A stretch of 64,000 bases of DNA from Pseudomonadota bacterium (GTDB lineage Bacteria > Myxococcota > JACRCW01 > JAFGSX01), in the NCBI GenBank assembly GCA_043821645.1, contig JBDRCO010000022.1, forward strand, positions 1,676 to 65,675. The letters are read 5' to 3'. The position numbers and the translations under genes are program-made. The notes under the pieces were generated by a model. That model made no database searches. It saw only the letters and a list, made by a program, of their open reading frames with translations, and had not been told where the DNA came from. The stretch's first letter is position 1; each line of letters starts with the position of its first letter. Shown in pieces: positions 1-11,259 of the stretch.

Positions 1-394
1 TTTCGATTTCGGCTACGGGGCTGTCACCCTCTACGGCCGTCCTTTCCAGAACGGTTCGCCTATCTAATCATGGATCACGTGTGGTCGCCCTACAACCCCA
101 CTCCACCGAGGTGGAGTGGTTTGGCCTATTCCCCGTTCGCTCGCCGCTACTTGGATAATCTCTTTTGATTTCTCTTCCTCCAGGTACTAAGATGTTTCAA
201 TTCCCTGGGTTAGCTTCCAGCACCTATGTATTCAGTGCAGGATGACTGCGCATGACCGCAGCCGGGTTTCCCCATTCGGAGATCTTCGGATCGATGCCTG
301 CTGAGCGGCTCCCCGAAGCATATCGCAGCTTAGCCACGTCCTTCATCGCCTCCTGGTGCCAAGGCATCCGCCGTGTGCCCTTAGTAACTTGACC
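1..394 (-). rRNA. rrl: 23S rRNA, 5' portion (continues beyond window start)
   Basis: Reverse complement begins GGTCAAGTTACTAAGGGCACACGGCGGATGCCTTGGC and contains the conserved GAAACATCTTAGTACC and GTAGCGGCGAGCGAA segments. Confidence 0.97.
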
Positions 395-552
395 TTCACT
401 TTTTGTTGCAAAGGTCAAGGTCAGAACCTTGAGAACTCGCCTTTTGGCACTTGCTGTTCCTGTTCCCGAGGGAACATGGAACTCACGTGCATCTTCGTAT
501 CCAGTTGTCAAAGAGCTGTGCGCAATACAAATGTAAAACGCACAAAATACTG

Positions 553-628
553 TGGTGGAGCTGAACGGGATCGAACCGTCGACCTCAGGCTTGCAAAGCC
601 CGCGCTCTCCCAGCTGAGCTACAGCCCC
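553..628 (-). tRNA. tRNA-Ala (UGC), ITS
   Basis: GGGGCTGTAGCTCAGCTGGGAGAGCGCGGGCTTTGCAAGCCTGAGGTCGACGGTTCGATCCCGTTCAGCTCCACCA; 76 nt, CCA encoded. Confidence 0.97.
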
Positions 629-646
629 AAAGCCGACATACCGACA

Positions 647-723
<77 letters not shown>

Positions 724-948
724 AAGTTAAAGGCCTAGGGGTAGCCCACCGACCCGTCGCATCACGCAAGCAGGTCACGCCCTGCTTCACCACTCTTTGC
801 GTTGTCAAAGAGCCGTGGCTCCTTGAAAACCGAACAGTGAATTCGAGAAACACGGCTCCGAAGGCCGCGACCCATCTTGTATCGGATAGAGTTGACCTGG
901 AATGTCCTGCGCGTCTCCGCCATGCGTTGATTTGCAGGAAACGATTCC

Positions 949-2499
<1,551 letters not shown>

Positions 2500-2699
2500 A
2501 ACTCAGAACCTCCGACCTCGTTCCGGCTAAGGAAACGAAGCCGACTGTTCATAGGCAAGGTTAGTCAGTCCACCGAAGTACCTTACCGTCGCTCGCGCCT
2601 CTCGGCGTGAACGGCTTCCGATGGACTCGGAGACCCTATCCGATTGGACGCTTCTGAAAGACTTGCGTCTGTCATCAGCGCTCTCGAATTCACTATTCA

Positions 2700-2713
2700 G
2701 TTTTCAAAGAACC
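2700..2713 (-). promoter_or_regulatory. rRNA leader boxA-like antitermination site
   Basis: Minus strand GGTTCTTTGAAAAC in the leader; similar GCTCTTTGACAAC copies in the ITS near 504-516 and 801-813. Confidence 0.6.
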
Positions 2714-2743
2714 AACGCGATCCACCATCGTGGAGGGCCGCGT

Positions 2744-2771
2744 ATTTACTCACCGGAATCGAAGGCGTCAA
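2744..2771 (-). promoter_or_regulatory. Putative downstream rRNA promoter (P2)
   Basis: Minus strand TTGACG-N16-GTAAAT; the -10 is weak. Confidence 0.45.
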
Positions 2772-2862
2772 CAAAAAAAGTTAACAACCTGTCGCCTACC
2801 CGGCGCCCCCGCCCCTTCCTCCGCCTCGTCGAGAACCCCCTCCCGAAGCGATGGAGCGGCGG

Positions 2863-2947
2863 ATACTACTCGCGCCGGCTACGAAGTCAACGAATTTTTT
2901 GGAAGGTGTATTTATTTGATAAAGTATTGATATAGTTGACAATATTG
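2863..2947 (-). promoter_or_regulatory. Putative rRNA promoter P1 with AT-rich UP region
   Basis: Minus strand TTGACT(2890-2885)-N16-TAGTAT(2868-2863), a GC-rich discriminator, and an AT-rich tract upstream in a GC-rich genome. Confidence 0.7.
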
Positions 2948-3158
2948 CACCGTCACCTGTCCATGACGGGGGTTCAAAAGCACTCTCTTTGAAAGGATCC
3001 ACCCCTGATCCGGCCTTTTTGGGCCCCACAAGGGCAGATCGGACGGGCAAAAAGTGATCTCCAGGTGATCTGCGGCTGATCTCGCGCCTCGAGGCCCCCG
3101 GGGCGGCGGTTTGCGTGGCAAAGATCGCGGCCGCCCGAGCCTCGGTGACGACGGAAAT

Positions 3159-3740
3159 TCAAGCAGACGGGAGGGCGAGCCGCGCGGCCACCACCAGCGC
3201 CCGAAGCGCGTCGACGGTGCGATCGAGATCGTCGTTGACGACGACGTGATCGAAACCTTGGAGGGCGCGCACGCGCTCGCTGCGGGCGTTGCGCAGGCGC
3301 TTCTGGATCGCCATCTCGTCGTCGGTACCGCGGCCACGCAGGCGCTGCTCGAGCACTTCCCACGACGGCGCGTCGATCCAGATCAGCTGGCCGTGGGGAA
3401 ACAGGACCTTGAGCTGCTCGGCGCCCTGCACGTCGATGTCGAACAGCAGGTCGACGCCCGCGTCGAGGCGGCGTCGCGTCTCGTCGAGGCCAGAGCCGTA
3501 GTAGTTGTCGTGCACGCGCGCCCATTCGATGAGCAAGCCTTGGGCGATCATCTGCTCGAAGCGGGGCACGTCGACGAAGTGGTACTCGACGCCGTCGCGC
3601 TCGTCGCCCCGGGGGGAACGCGTGGTGTAAGAGATGGAAAGGGCCAGGTTGTCGACGCTGGCGAGCAGGCGATGGGTCAGGGTGGTCTTGCCCGCACCGG
3701 AGCCGGCGGCGAGCACGAAGGGGATTCCGGTTCGGCTCAT
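3159..3740 (-). CDS. gmk: Guanylate kinase
   Basis: P-loop [54 protein letters not shown]. Confidence 0.96.
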   Translation of the reverse strand: MSRTGIPFVLAAGSGAGKTTLTHRLLASVDNLALSISYTTRSPRGDERDGVEYHFVDVPRFEQMIAQGLLIEWARVHDNYYGSGLDETRRRLDAGVDLLFDIDVQGAEQLKVLFPHGQLIWIDAPSWEVLEQRLRGRGTDDEMAIQKRLRNARSERVRALQGFDHVVVNDDLDRTVDALRALVVAARLALPSA

Positions 3741-4063
3741 GCCGCGCCCTCGTCCGCCTCGTCGTCGTCGTCGTCGTCACCCGCAGCAGCTGCTCCCCCC
3801 ACCGCGTCGGGCCGCGCCAGAAAGCGCTGGGCCACGGTCTCGGGTTGCACGGCACTGAGCACCACGCCGTCATTGTCGAGGACCAGCAGCGAGCGCGTGC
3901 GCCGGCCCTGGGTGGCGTCGACGAGCTTGCCGCGCTCGCGCGCTTCCTCGCGCAGACGCTTCATCGGTGCCGAGGCCGCGGACAGGATGGCGACGACGCG
4001 GTGTCCGGCCACGTAGTTGCCATAACCCACGTTGACCAGCCCGGGGATGGAGTGGGACTTCAC
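3737..4063 (-). CDS. DUF370/RemA-family protein with acidic tail
   Basis: [10 protein letters not shown]...SAPMKRL...[12 protein letters not shown]...[14 protein letters not shown]; yicC-remA-gmk synteny. Confidence 0.9.
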   Translation of the reverse strand: MKSHSIPGLVNVGYGNYVAGHRVVAILSAASAPMKRLREEARERGKLVDATQGRRTRSLLVLDNDGVVLSAVQPETVAQRFLARPDAVGGAAAAGDDDDDDEADEGAA

Positions 4064-4066
4064 GCG

Positions 4067-4957
4067 CTACTCCAGGTTCTGGATCTGCTCACGCACCCTT
4101 TCGAGTTCGGTCTTCAGCTCGACGACCAGCGTGGTGACGCCGAGATCGCTGACCTTGGAGCCGAGCGTGTTGATCTCGCGCAGGAGTTCCTGGCACAGGA
4201 AATCCGCCTTGCGGCCAACCTGTCCGTCTCCGGCGAGCAAGGCCGCCATGGCGTCGAGGTGGGCCCGTAAGCGCACCAGCTCCTCGGTGGCATCGCTGCG
4301 CTCGGCGAGCAAGGCCACCTCGGTGAGGAGCCTGGTCTCGTCCAGGGTCGCCCCGTGGCCCGCCGCGACCAGCAACTCGCGCACCCGGGTGTCCAGTCGC
4401 GTGCGCACGTTCTGCACGATCTCGGGGAGCTGGGCGGTGACCCGCTCGGACAGGCTCCGCAGCGTGTCGAGGCGGCTCTGCAGGTCTTCGACCAGGCGAG
4501 CGCCCTCGGCCTGGCGGGCCGAATTCAGCTCGGTGAGCGCCCCGGCCAGGGCCTGTTGCAGGGCTCCCCAGGTGGTGTCGTCGTCGCTGGCCGGCTCGTC
4601 TCCCACCAGCACGTCGCGCAAGCCGGCCAGGGGCATGACGTCGATGGCGCCGGGCAGGTGCAGGGTGTCGCAGATCTGGCGCAGCGCACCGAGGTACTGC
4701 TTGGCCAGATCGAGGTCCGCGCGCACCCGGGTCAGGGCGCGCGAACTGCTATCGACCCGCACGAAGGCATCGATCCGGCCACGGCGCAGCGCCTGCTGAA
4801 GCTGTGACGTCACCCTGGCCTCGTGGGCCAGCAGGGGCGGCGGCAGGTGTACCCGCAGCTCGAGATAGCGGTGGTTGACGGCCCGCAGCTCGACGGCGAG
4901 CACGATGCCCTCGCTGCTGCCGGTCCCGAGGCCGTAGCCCGTCATGCTGTGCGCCAT
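4067..4957 (-). CDS. yicC: YicC/YloC-family endoribonuclease
   Basis: SMTGYG, ELRAVNHRYL, EELVRL, GRKADFLCQELLREINTLGSK, REQIQNLE. Confidence 0.95.
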   Translation of the reverse strand: MAHSMTGYGLGTGSSEGIVLAVELRAVNHRYLELRVHLPPPLLAHEARVTSQLQQALRRGRIDAFVRVDSSSRALTRVRADLDLAKQYLGALRQICDTLHLPGAIDVMPLAGLRDVLVGDEPASDDDTTWGALQQALAGALTELNSARQAEGARLVEDLQSRLDTLRSLSERVTAQLPEIVQNVRTRLDTRVRELLVAAGHGATLDETRLLTEVALLAERSDATEELVRLRAHLDAMAALLAGDGQVGRKADFLCQELLREINTLGSKVSDLGVTTLVVELKTELERVREQIQNLE

Positions 4958-5057
4958 GCGCCCTGTTTAGCAGACCCGCGCCAGCCGTGGAAGCACCGTG
5001 CCCCCGACCGCGCGCCCCTTCACGGCATCGAGGCCAGGTGGGATCAGGGAGGACCGC

Positions 5058-6221
5058 TCAGTCGGCGCGCGGCATGGCCCGCAACACCACGTCGTCCGCG
5101 AGGTCATGCATGCAGCGGTGGTGCTTCTCGGGACACTGGGCCTGGCCGTGCTCGGAACACGGCCGGCAGGGGAGGTCGACGGTGCAGACTTGAACCTTGT
5201 CGTCGAAGTCGTGGCGGGCAGGATCCGTGGGGCCAAACAGGGCCACGCAGCGCGCCCCCACGGCGCGACCGAGGTGCAGCAGGCCCGTGTCCCCCGCCAC
5301 CACCACGCCGGCCCGGCGCATGATCTCCGCGGCCTGGTCGAGGGTGGTCGCCATGCCATCGAGGATGCGCTCGCCAGCTCGGCTGCGCTCCCGGATCGCC
5401 TGGAGCAGGGGTCGCTCGTGCTCGGCACCGATGACGATGGGGACCTGTCCGCGGTCGAGCAAGGCATCGGCCAGGCGCGCCCAGTGCTGCGTGGGCCAGC
5501 GCTTGGTGGCCCACACCGAACCCGGGGCCAGGGCCACCAGGGAGCCGGAGGTCAGGCCACGGTCGGCCAGCAGATCGGTGACGTGGGTCTTGGCGTCGAC
5601 GCTGGTGCGAAAGCGCGGCTGAGTGACGACGGGGGCTATCCCCAGGGGCTCGAGCAAGCGCAGCAGCTGGCCGGTGAAGGTGGCGCCGCGCTCGTAGGGA
5701 ACGCGATGGGTGAAGGCCAGCCGCGCCAGGGGTCCGGACAGCGGCACGCCGATGCGATCGCCCGCGAAGCCGACGCGCATGAAGAGCTTGGATCGCCAGC
5801 TGAACATGGCGCTGCGCACCGAGCGATGCGGCACCAGCAAGGCCTGGCACTTGAGCGCCTGCAGGCGCGCGAGGACCCTGTCCATGCCACCCAGGCCCTG
5901 GTGGGTGTGGGCCTTGTCATACTCGAGTGCGCCGCTGTAGCCCAGGCCGCGCGCGAGCTGGGCGGGCCCCGGGCGGGCCACCAGCAGCACGTGCGCCTCG
6001 GGCCAGGCACGACGGATGGAGTAGGCAAGCACCGACGTGAACACGATGTCTCCGACGTAGGAGGTATCGAGCACGGCGATGCGCGAGCCCTCCCCACCCA
6101 GTCGGTTGCGCAGGGATTGTTCCTCGGCCAGGGCGCCGGTGGCGACGAGACTGCCTTGCGGTGTCGAGGTCGGGGCCTCGTCCTCGGGCTCGGCTGGATC
6201 GCGGTCGGGATCGGTGCTCAT
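5058..6221 (-). CDS. GT9 family LPS heptosyltransferase-like protein
   Basis: SYVGDIV, APGSVWATKRWP, GDTGLLHL, VALFGPT, C-terminal CRPC...CP...HRCM. Confidence 0.9.
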   Translation of the reverse strand: MSTDPDRDPAEPEDEAPTSTPQGSLVATGALAEEQSLRNRLGGEGSRIAVLDTSYVGDIVFTSVLAYSIRRAWPEAHVLLVARPGPAQLARGLGYSGALEYDKAHTHQGLGGMDRVLARLQALKCQALLVPHRSVRSAMFSWRSKLFMRVGFAGDRIGVPLSGPLARLAFTHRVPYERGATFTGQLLRLLEPLGIAPVVTQPRFRTSVDAKTHVTDLLADRGLTSGSLVALAPGSVWATKRWPTQHWARLADALLDRGQVPIVIGAEHERPLLQAIRERSRAGERILDGMATTLDQAAEIMRRAGVVVAGDTGLLHLGRAVGARCVALFGPTDPARHDFDDKVQVCTVDLPCRPCSEHGQAQCPEKHHRCMHDLADDVVLRAMPRAD

Positions 6222-6248
6222 GGCAAGGGTAGGTGCGGGAGCGCCGGC

Positions 6249-6419
6249 TCACCCGACGGGGGTGGCCTCGTCGATGAGCATGACGGGGATGTCGTCCTCG
6301 ATGCGATAGCTGAGCTTGCACGCATCGCACACCAGAGCGCTCTGGTCCTCGACGAGATGAACCTCTCCCTTGCACTTGGGGCAGGCCAGGATCTGCAACA
6401 GTTCGTCTCGGATCGGCAT
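6249..6419 (-). CDS. Trm112/YcaR-family small protein, 56 aa (not in ORF track)
   Basis: Manual translation MPIRDELLQILACPKCKGEVHLVEDQSALVCDACKLSYRIEDDIPVMLIDEATPVG matches the LACP.CK...L.C...Y.I.DGIPVML pattern. Confidence 0.9.
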   Translation of the reverse strand: MPIRDELLQILACPKCKGEVHLVEDQSALVCDACKLSYRIEDDIPVMLIDEATPVG

Positions 6420-6460
6420 GCGGTCACCTCACTCCATCCGGTTCGCGACCTGCCGTGTGT

Positions 6461-7360
6461 TTACCTCAGCAAGCGGTAGTTGCGGTACTCGAAAAAACGA
6501 TGACCGGTGGCCACCTCGGCGAGATCGAGCAGGTCCTCGCGCAGGTGGCGCCAGCGCAGGCTCCGCGGCCGCGGGGAAAAAGGCCAGTCGCGGGCCGCGA
6601 TCCAGTCATGCATGACCCGGGGGTGCGATCCCTCGAAGCGCCGGACCTTCTCGTCCGCCTCGTAGACGTAGGCCTCGTCGCTGGCCCGTGGCACCAGCAG
6701 GCTCTGGACCTCGTCGTCGGTGCGGTACAAGCGCTCGAAGGCACGGGTCTTGGCCAGCATCTGCTCGGGCGGCCGCACCCACCCGTAGTGAAAGACCCGG
6801 GCACCAGCGTCGAGCACCTGCAGCTTGCGAGGAGCCGGTGGCCCCTGCTCGGGACCGCGGCGAAAGCCCTGGGCGTCCTTCCAGCTGCGCACCCCGCGCC
6901 CACCTTTAAAGGCCCGGATCTCGTGCCTGTACCACCGCCTGGATTGGCCAACACTATGAAAGGACCCGTAAAAGTGGACGTAACGGAACAGCAATCCGTC
7001 GATCTCGGGGCGTGCGTCGGCCCGTGCCATGGCAGCGCGCAGGTCCGGCACATCGTCCTCATGCAGCACCTCATCGGCCTGCAGGTAGATGCACCAGTCT
7101 GCGGCACAGCGCGCCAGGGCCAGGTCTGTTTGCTGGGCCAGCACCTGGCCACCCTGGCGCAGGCTGTCGTCCCACCGGCTCTCGAAGATCTGCAGCCGCC
7201 CGTCGTCGAGAGCGCGGACCCGGGCCAGGGTGTCGTCGTCGGACAGGCCGACGTTTACCACCACCCGCTCGCACAGGCCCAGCAGGGAGCACAGCGAGGC
7301 CTCGAAGGGATAGCCCAGGCGCACCCCGTTGCGCACGAAGGTGAAGCCCCACACACTCAC
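6461..7360 (-). CDS. GT2-like glycosyltransferase
   Basis: GTG start overlaps the upstream TGA; GFTFVRNG...YPF, SDDDT, YLQADE, FHYGWVRPP. Confidence 0.85.
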   Translation of the reverse strand: MSVWGFTFVRNGVRLGYPFEASLCSLLGLCERVVVNVGLSDDDTLARVRALDDGRLQIFESRWDDSLRQGGQVLAQQTDLALARCAADWCIYLQADEVLHEDDVPDLRAAMARADARPEIDGLLFRYVHFYGSFHSVGQSRRWYRHEIRAFKGGRGVRSWKDAQGFRRGPEQGPPAPRKLQVLDAGARVFHYGWVRPPEQMLAKTRAFERLYRTDDEVQSLLVPRASDEAYVYEADEKVRRFEGSHPRVMHDWIAARDWPFSPRPRSLRWRHLREDLLDLAEVATGHRFFEYRNYRLLR

Positions 7361-8433
7361 CGGGACTCCAGGCGACCGAGGAACCCGTCCAGGGCGGTGA
7401 GCAAGATCTCGTGCGCCCGGTCCTCGTCGCTGACATCGACCACCGCGTGGGGAGCTGCCGTCTCGCCCCAGCGCGCCACGGGCATGTTCTTGAACAGCGC
7501 CAGGGTCGGCGCGCCCACGGCGATGGACAGGTGCATGGGTCCGCTGTTGTTGGTCACGGTGCACCCCGCAGCCTCGAGCAGGGCTGCCAGTTCGTGGACG
7601 CTGGTCGGGGGCGCCAGACGCGCGCGGCCCCGCGCCGACATGCAGATCGACGTGGCCAGCTCGCGCTCGCCGGGCCCCCACACCACCACCGGCTGCCGCC
7701 CGTGTTCCAGCAGGACCTGTGCCGCGCCGACGAAGAGCTCGATCGGAACCCGGCGCCAGTCGAGCCGCCCGCCAGGATTGAGCACGGCCCAGCGCCCGGG
7801 CTGTGCCGCCACGTCGTGGAGCAGCGCCGAGAGCTCGGGCCCCACCGCAGCCCGGGGAACAAAACTCATCGGCCTGTCAGCGCCATCGATGCCAAGCGCC
7901 ATCAGCAGCTGCAGGCGCTGGCGCCGCTCGCTCGCCTCCTGAGCGATCGGTGTCACGGCCTGGCTGAAGCAGGCGCTCGCACCGGTGCCGCGCGCGAAAC
8001 CCACGCGCCAGGGTGCGCGGGTCAGCAGGGTGGCGAGGGCGTGCGAGGTGGACAGCAGGGTGTAGTTGCTGCAGTCGATGGCCACGTCAATGCGCGCCCG
8101 CCCCAGGCGCCACAGCGACCGCCAGCTGCTCAGGGTGAAGGGAAAGCCGCGCAGTCCAAAGGGCAACACCTCGTCGACGTCGGGCTGACCCAGGAGCAGG
8201 CTCGCGAGCCCCGGGTGGGTCACCGCGACCAGGGTGGCCCGGGGCAGGGATTCCCGCAGCGCGCCGAACAGGGGGGTCTGCAGCAGCACCTCGCCCAACC
8301 GGCGATCGAAGCGCAGCAGCGCGATCCGCGCCCGCGCCAGGTCCACGTCGTGACGGCGGGGCCGCAGCAGCCAGGCGGCGAGCCGGAACAGCGCGTGCTG
8401 CAGTCGTCCTCCTCGGCCCGTCCACTGCGACAT
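7357..8433 (-). CDS. GT9 family glycosyltransferase
   Basis: RLGEVLLQTP, LNPGG, TNNSGPMHLSIAVGAPTLALF; start could be 8442. Confidence 0.85.
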   Translation of the reverse strand: MSQWTGRGGRLQHALFRLAAWLLRPRRHDVDLARARIALLRFDRRLGEVLLQTPLFGALRESLPRATLVAVTHPGLASLLLGQPDVDEVLPFGLRGFPFTLSSWRSLWRLGRARIDVAIDCSNYTLLSTSHALATLLTRAPWRVGFARGTGASACFSQAVTPIAQEASERRQRLQLLMALGIDGADRPMSFVPRAAVGPELSALLHDVAAQPGRWAVLNPGGRLDWRRVPIELFVGAAQVLLEHGRQPVVVWGPGERELATSICMSARGRARLAPPTSVHELAALLEAAGCTVTNNSGPMHLSIAVGAPTLALFKNMPVARWGETAAPHAVVDVSDEDRAHEILLTALDGFLGRLESR

Positions 8434-8546
8434 GGCGCGCATGCTAGACCGGCCGGGGAACCACCACAATGCGGTGCTGGAGCGCGGACAGGAGCTTGAC
8501 CGAGCGCGACGGCGGACTACACTTCGCCCACCGCAGGAGGTCTCCG

Positions 8547-8990
8547 ATGTTCACGCTTCGCCACCTGTCGATCGTGTCCCTGCTGGCCCTGAGCGCCTGC
8601 GCCCAGGGCGAAGGATCCGTGCTCGAGCAGTACGCAGTGGAACTTCGCGAGAAGATCAACACCTGCCGCGAACTCGACCCGCAGGTCTCCAGCGAGGTCA
8701 TCTTCGTCACGCACCATGGCACACAGGGCGTGTTGCACCTGGGCGGCGAGCTGGCGTTTCCGGTGCGTTTTGGCGACAACAGCATCGAGGGCACGTTTAC
8801 CGAGACCGACCACGCCACGGTGGCCGGACGCCACGTCGTGTGCAAGCGCGTGACCACGATCGAGCTGGTGGTCGAGAACGGGGTGGTCCACGGCACCTAC
8901 GAGCGCCAGCGACGCCAGGAATGCCTGATGGATGCCAAGCCCTGCCAGACCACCTGGACCGTCACCGGCAAGACCCGCGAGGGGAGCTGA
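8547..8990 (+). CDS. Hypothetical lipoprotein
   Basis: AGGAGG RBS; signal MFTLRHLSIVSLLALSAC with lipobox. Confidence 0.75.
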   Translation: MFTLRHLSIVSLLALSACAQGEGSVLEQYAVELREKINTCRELDPQVSSEVIFVTHHGTQGVLHLGGELAFPVRFGDNSIEGTFTETDHATVAGRHVVCKRVTTIELVVENGVVHGTYERQRRQECLMDAKPCQTTWTVTGKTREGS

Positions 8991-8999
8991 GCTCGCGGC

Positions 9000-10082
9000 T
9001 CAGTCCTGCCTGGGTTTGCAGCCGCAGAAGTTGTTCACGTCCTGGGCGTCGCAGCCTATGGAGGTGTAGTCGTCGCCCTGGGTCTGGCGGCAGTGTTCCT
9101 CGCAGGGCACGGCGTCATGGACCTGACCATCGTTGCACACACCGGCAGTGGCCTCGTCGAAGCAGATCACGTCGCCCGGCGTGCACACCGCCACGTCGCC
9201 GATGGCGATGTCGTACTCGCACTGGCACGGGTCCTGGGCGTTGACATCGCAGCCCAGAGAGATCTGGCCCTGGGCCGCACAGGTGTCATCACAGTCCTGG
9301 CGCTGGTAGTCGTAGTCGGCACAGGTGGCCAGGACGTTGCCGCTCTCGCACGCGATGTCGCCAGGCATGCACACGGCCATCACGCCCATCTCGAGGTCGT
9401 ACTGGCACTGGCAGGGGTCGGCCGCGTCGTCGCTGCAGCCCAGCGAGTACGCCGCGGGATCACCGTATTGCGCGTCGCAGTAGGTCTCGCAGTCGACGCT
9501 GTTCATGCTGTAGTCGTCGCCGCACTCGACCAGGGTGGTGTCGTCGGCGCAGTACACGTCGCCCGGGAAACAGGCGGGCATGCCACCGTCGATCATGTCC
9601 TCCTGACACTGGCAGGGGTCGGCCGCATCGATGTCGCAACCCAGGGAGTAGCCCCACTCGCCCGAGGCGGAGAACCGGTCCTCGCAGATCTCGGCGCAGC
9701 TCTGCCGCGTGTACAGATAGTCGTCGCCGCAGGTGGCCAAGGTGTCGGCATCGTCGCAGTGCAGGTCGCCCGGTGAGCACTCGACCATCTCGCCCATGAT
9801 GATGTCGCCGCCGTCGTCGCCGGTGCCACCATCGCCGCCGCCGCCACCGTCCGCGCTGGTGACGACGTCAAAGCGATCCTGGAGCTTGCCCCGGAGGTCC
9901 CCCAGGCAGGCCACCAGACCCAGGCTGATGGCAGCGATGAGCAGGGCGGTGAAGGCGAGGCGCACCGGACCCGGCTTGCGCACACCCTCGTCACCCTCGT
10001 CGTGCCTGGGCGGCCGCACCCCTGGATAGCGTGCACCGCTGTATCGGGCCACGGGGCGAATCTCGAAGGCATTCTTGTTCAT
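9000..10082 (-). CDS. Cys-rich repeat lipoprotein with N-terminal leader-like extension; candidate substrate of the adjacent rSAM
   Basis: GAGG RBS; ~40-aa extension, hydrophobic stretch, LGLVAC lipobox (Cys59), Gly/Asp linker, then four 8-Cys repeats. Confidence 0.85.
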   Translation of the reverse strand: MNKNAFEIRPVARYSGARYPGVRPPRHDEGDEGVRKPGPVRLAFTALLIAAISLGLVACLGDLRGKLQDRFDVVTSADGGGGGDGGTGDDGGDIIMGEMVECSPGDLHCDDADTLATCGDDYLYTRQSCAEICEDRFSASGEWGYSLGCDIDAADPCQCQEDMIDGGMPACFPGDVYCADDTTLVECGDDYSMNSVDCETYCDAQYGDPAAYSLGCSDDAADPCQCQYDLEMGVMAVCMPGDIACESGNVLATCADYDYQRQDCDDTCAAQGQISLGCDVNAQDPCQCEYDIAIGDVAVCTPGDVICFDEATAGVCNDGQVHDAVPCEEHCRQTQGDDYTSIGCDAQDVNNFCGCKPRQD

Positions 10083-10092
10083 GTCCAACCTC

Positions 10093-11214
10093 TCAATCGA
10101 AGTCATAGGCAAAGCGCTCGGCCTGCTCGCGATAGTGCTTCTTGAGAAAACGGGCGTTGCGCTCGTCCCACAGCACATTGCCCAGCTCGTCGGCGATGGG
10201 GATGAGCATGCGCTCGTGGGCACACAGCACCGGCGGCACCCGGGTGACCTGCCCGGTCATCTGCCAGTTGAGGCAACCACAGTAGTTGGAGCAGCGGCCG
10301 AGCAGCGCGCAATCCTGGCACTCCCCGCGCTCGCGCTTGTTCTCAGCAATGAGTTCCTGGCGCCGCGGCGTCAGACCGGTGTCGACGTGGCCGATGCAGT
10401 AGTCCTGGGCGTCGGGGCGGTCGGACACGAGCTGCACGCAGGGGAACACCCGGCCGTCGGGGGCGATGGAGATCTTCTTGGCCCCGAAGTCACACAGCAC
10501 ACCGAGCTCGATGGGCGAGCGAGCATGGCTCTTGAGCTTGTCGTCGAACAGGGACAGGTGGAAGTGGTCCCCGGCGCGAACGCGCTCCAGGTAGAAATCC
10601 GCCAGACGACGGTAGCTGTGCTCCAGTTCCTCGAACAGCTCCGGGGTCCAGCCGGGGTGGGTGTAGTCGAGCTGGTGCACCACGAAGCGCAAGCCACGGC
10701 TCCACATGTAGCGGATCGAGGACTCGAGGCGAGGCACCGTCGGCGGCGTGATCACACTGGTGACGACGGTGTACGGGTTGTGCGCCAGGATGCTGTCGAG
10801 CTTGCTGTCGAGCAACTCCCAGGAACCCGAGCCGTCGGGCAGCACGCGCTGGGCATCGTTCGCCTCGCGATCGCCGTCCAGGGAGATGGCGTAAAGGATG
10901 TTGTGATCGCGACAGAAGGCCAGCTTGTCGTCAGTGAACAGGGTGCCGTTGGTGCTCAGCCTGAAGTGCATGGCGGTGCCCCGGGGCCGCGCCTGCTGTT
11001 CGGCATACAGGGTCAGCTCGCGGATGGCGTCGAAGCACAGCAGCGGCTCGCCGCCGAAGTAGGCCACGCAGGCCGAACCATGGGCCATGCCGAGCACCAG
11101 ATCGATGGCCTTGCGCGCGGTGTCGAGCGACATCGACTCCTTGATCTTGCTCGGCGCGTAGCAGTAACGGCAGCGCAGGTTGCAGCTCTTGGTCAGGTGC
11201 AGCACGGCCTTCAT
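10093..11214 (-). CDS. Radical SAM/SPASM domain protein (peptide/protein maturase type)
   Basis: CNLRCRYC, YFGGEPLL, STNGT, ISLDG; SPASM C-x17-C (CDFG...PDGRVFPC) and CQDC-x5-C-x3-CGC...C. Confidence 0.95.
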   Translation of the reverse strand: MKAVLHLTKSCNLRCRYCYAPSKIKESMSLDTARKAIDLVLGMAHGSACVAYFGGEPLLCFDAIRELTLYAEQQARPRGTAMHFRLSTNGTLFTDDKLAFCRDHNILYAISLDGDREANDAQRVLPDGSGSWELLDSKLDSILAHNPYTVVTSVITPPTVPRLESSIRYMWSRGLRFVVHQLDYTHPGWTPELFEELEHSYRRLADFYLERVRAGDHFHLSLFDDKLKSHARSPIELGVLCDFGAKKISIAPDGRVFPCVQLVSDRPDAQDYCIGHVDTGLTPRRQELIAENKRERGECQDCALLGRCSNYCGCLNWQMTGQVTRVPPVLCAHERMLIPIADELGNVLWDERNARFLKKHYREQAERFAYDFD

Positions 11215-11259
11215 GTCTTGGACCCGTCTCCTGTTCTGGCTGGACGCAGGGTGATGAAC

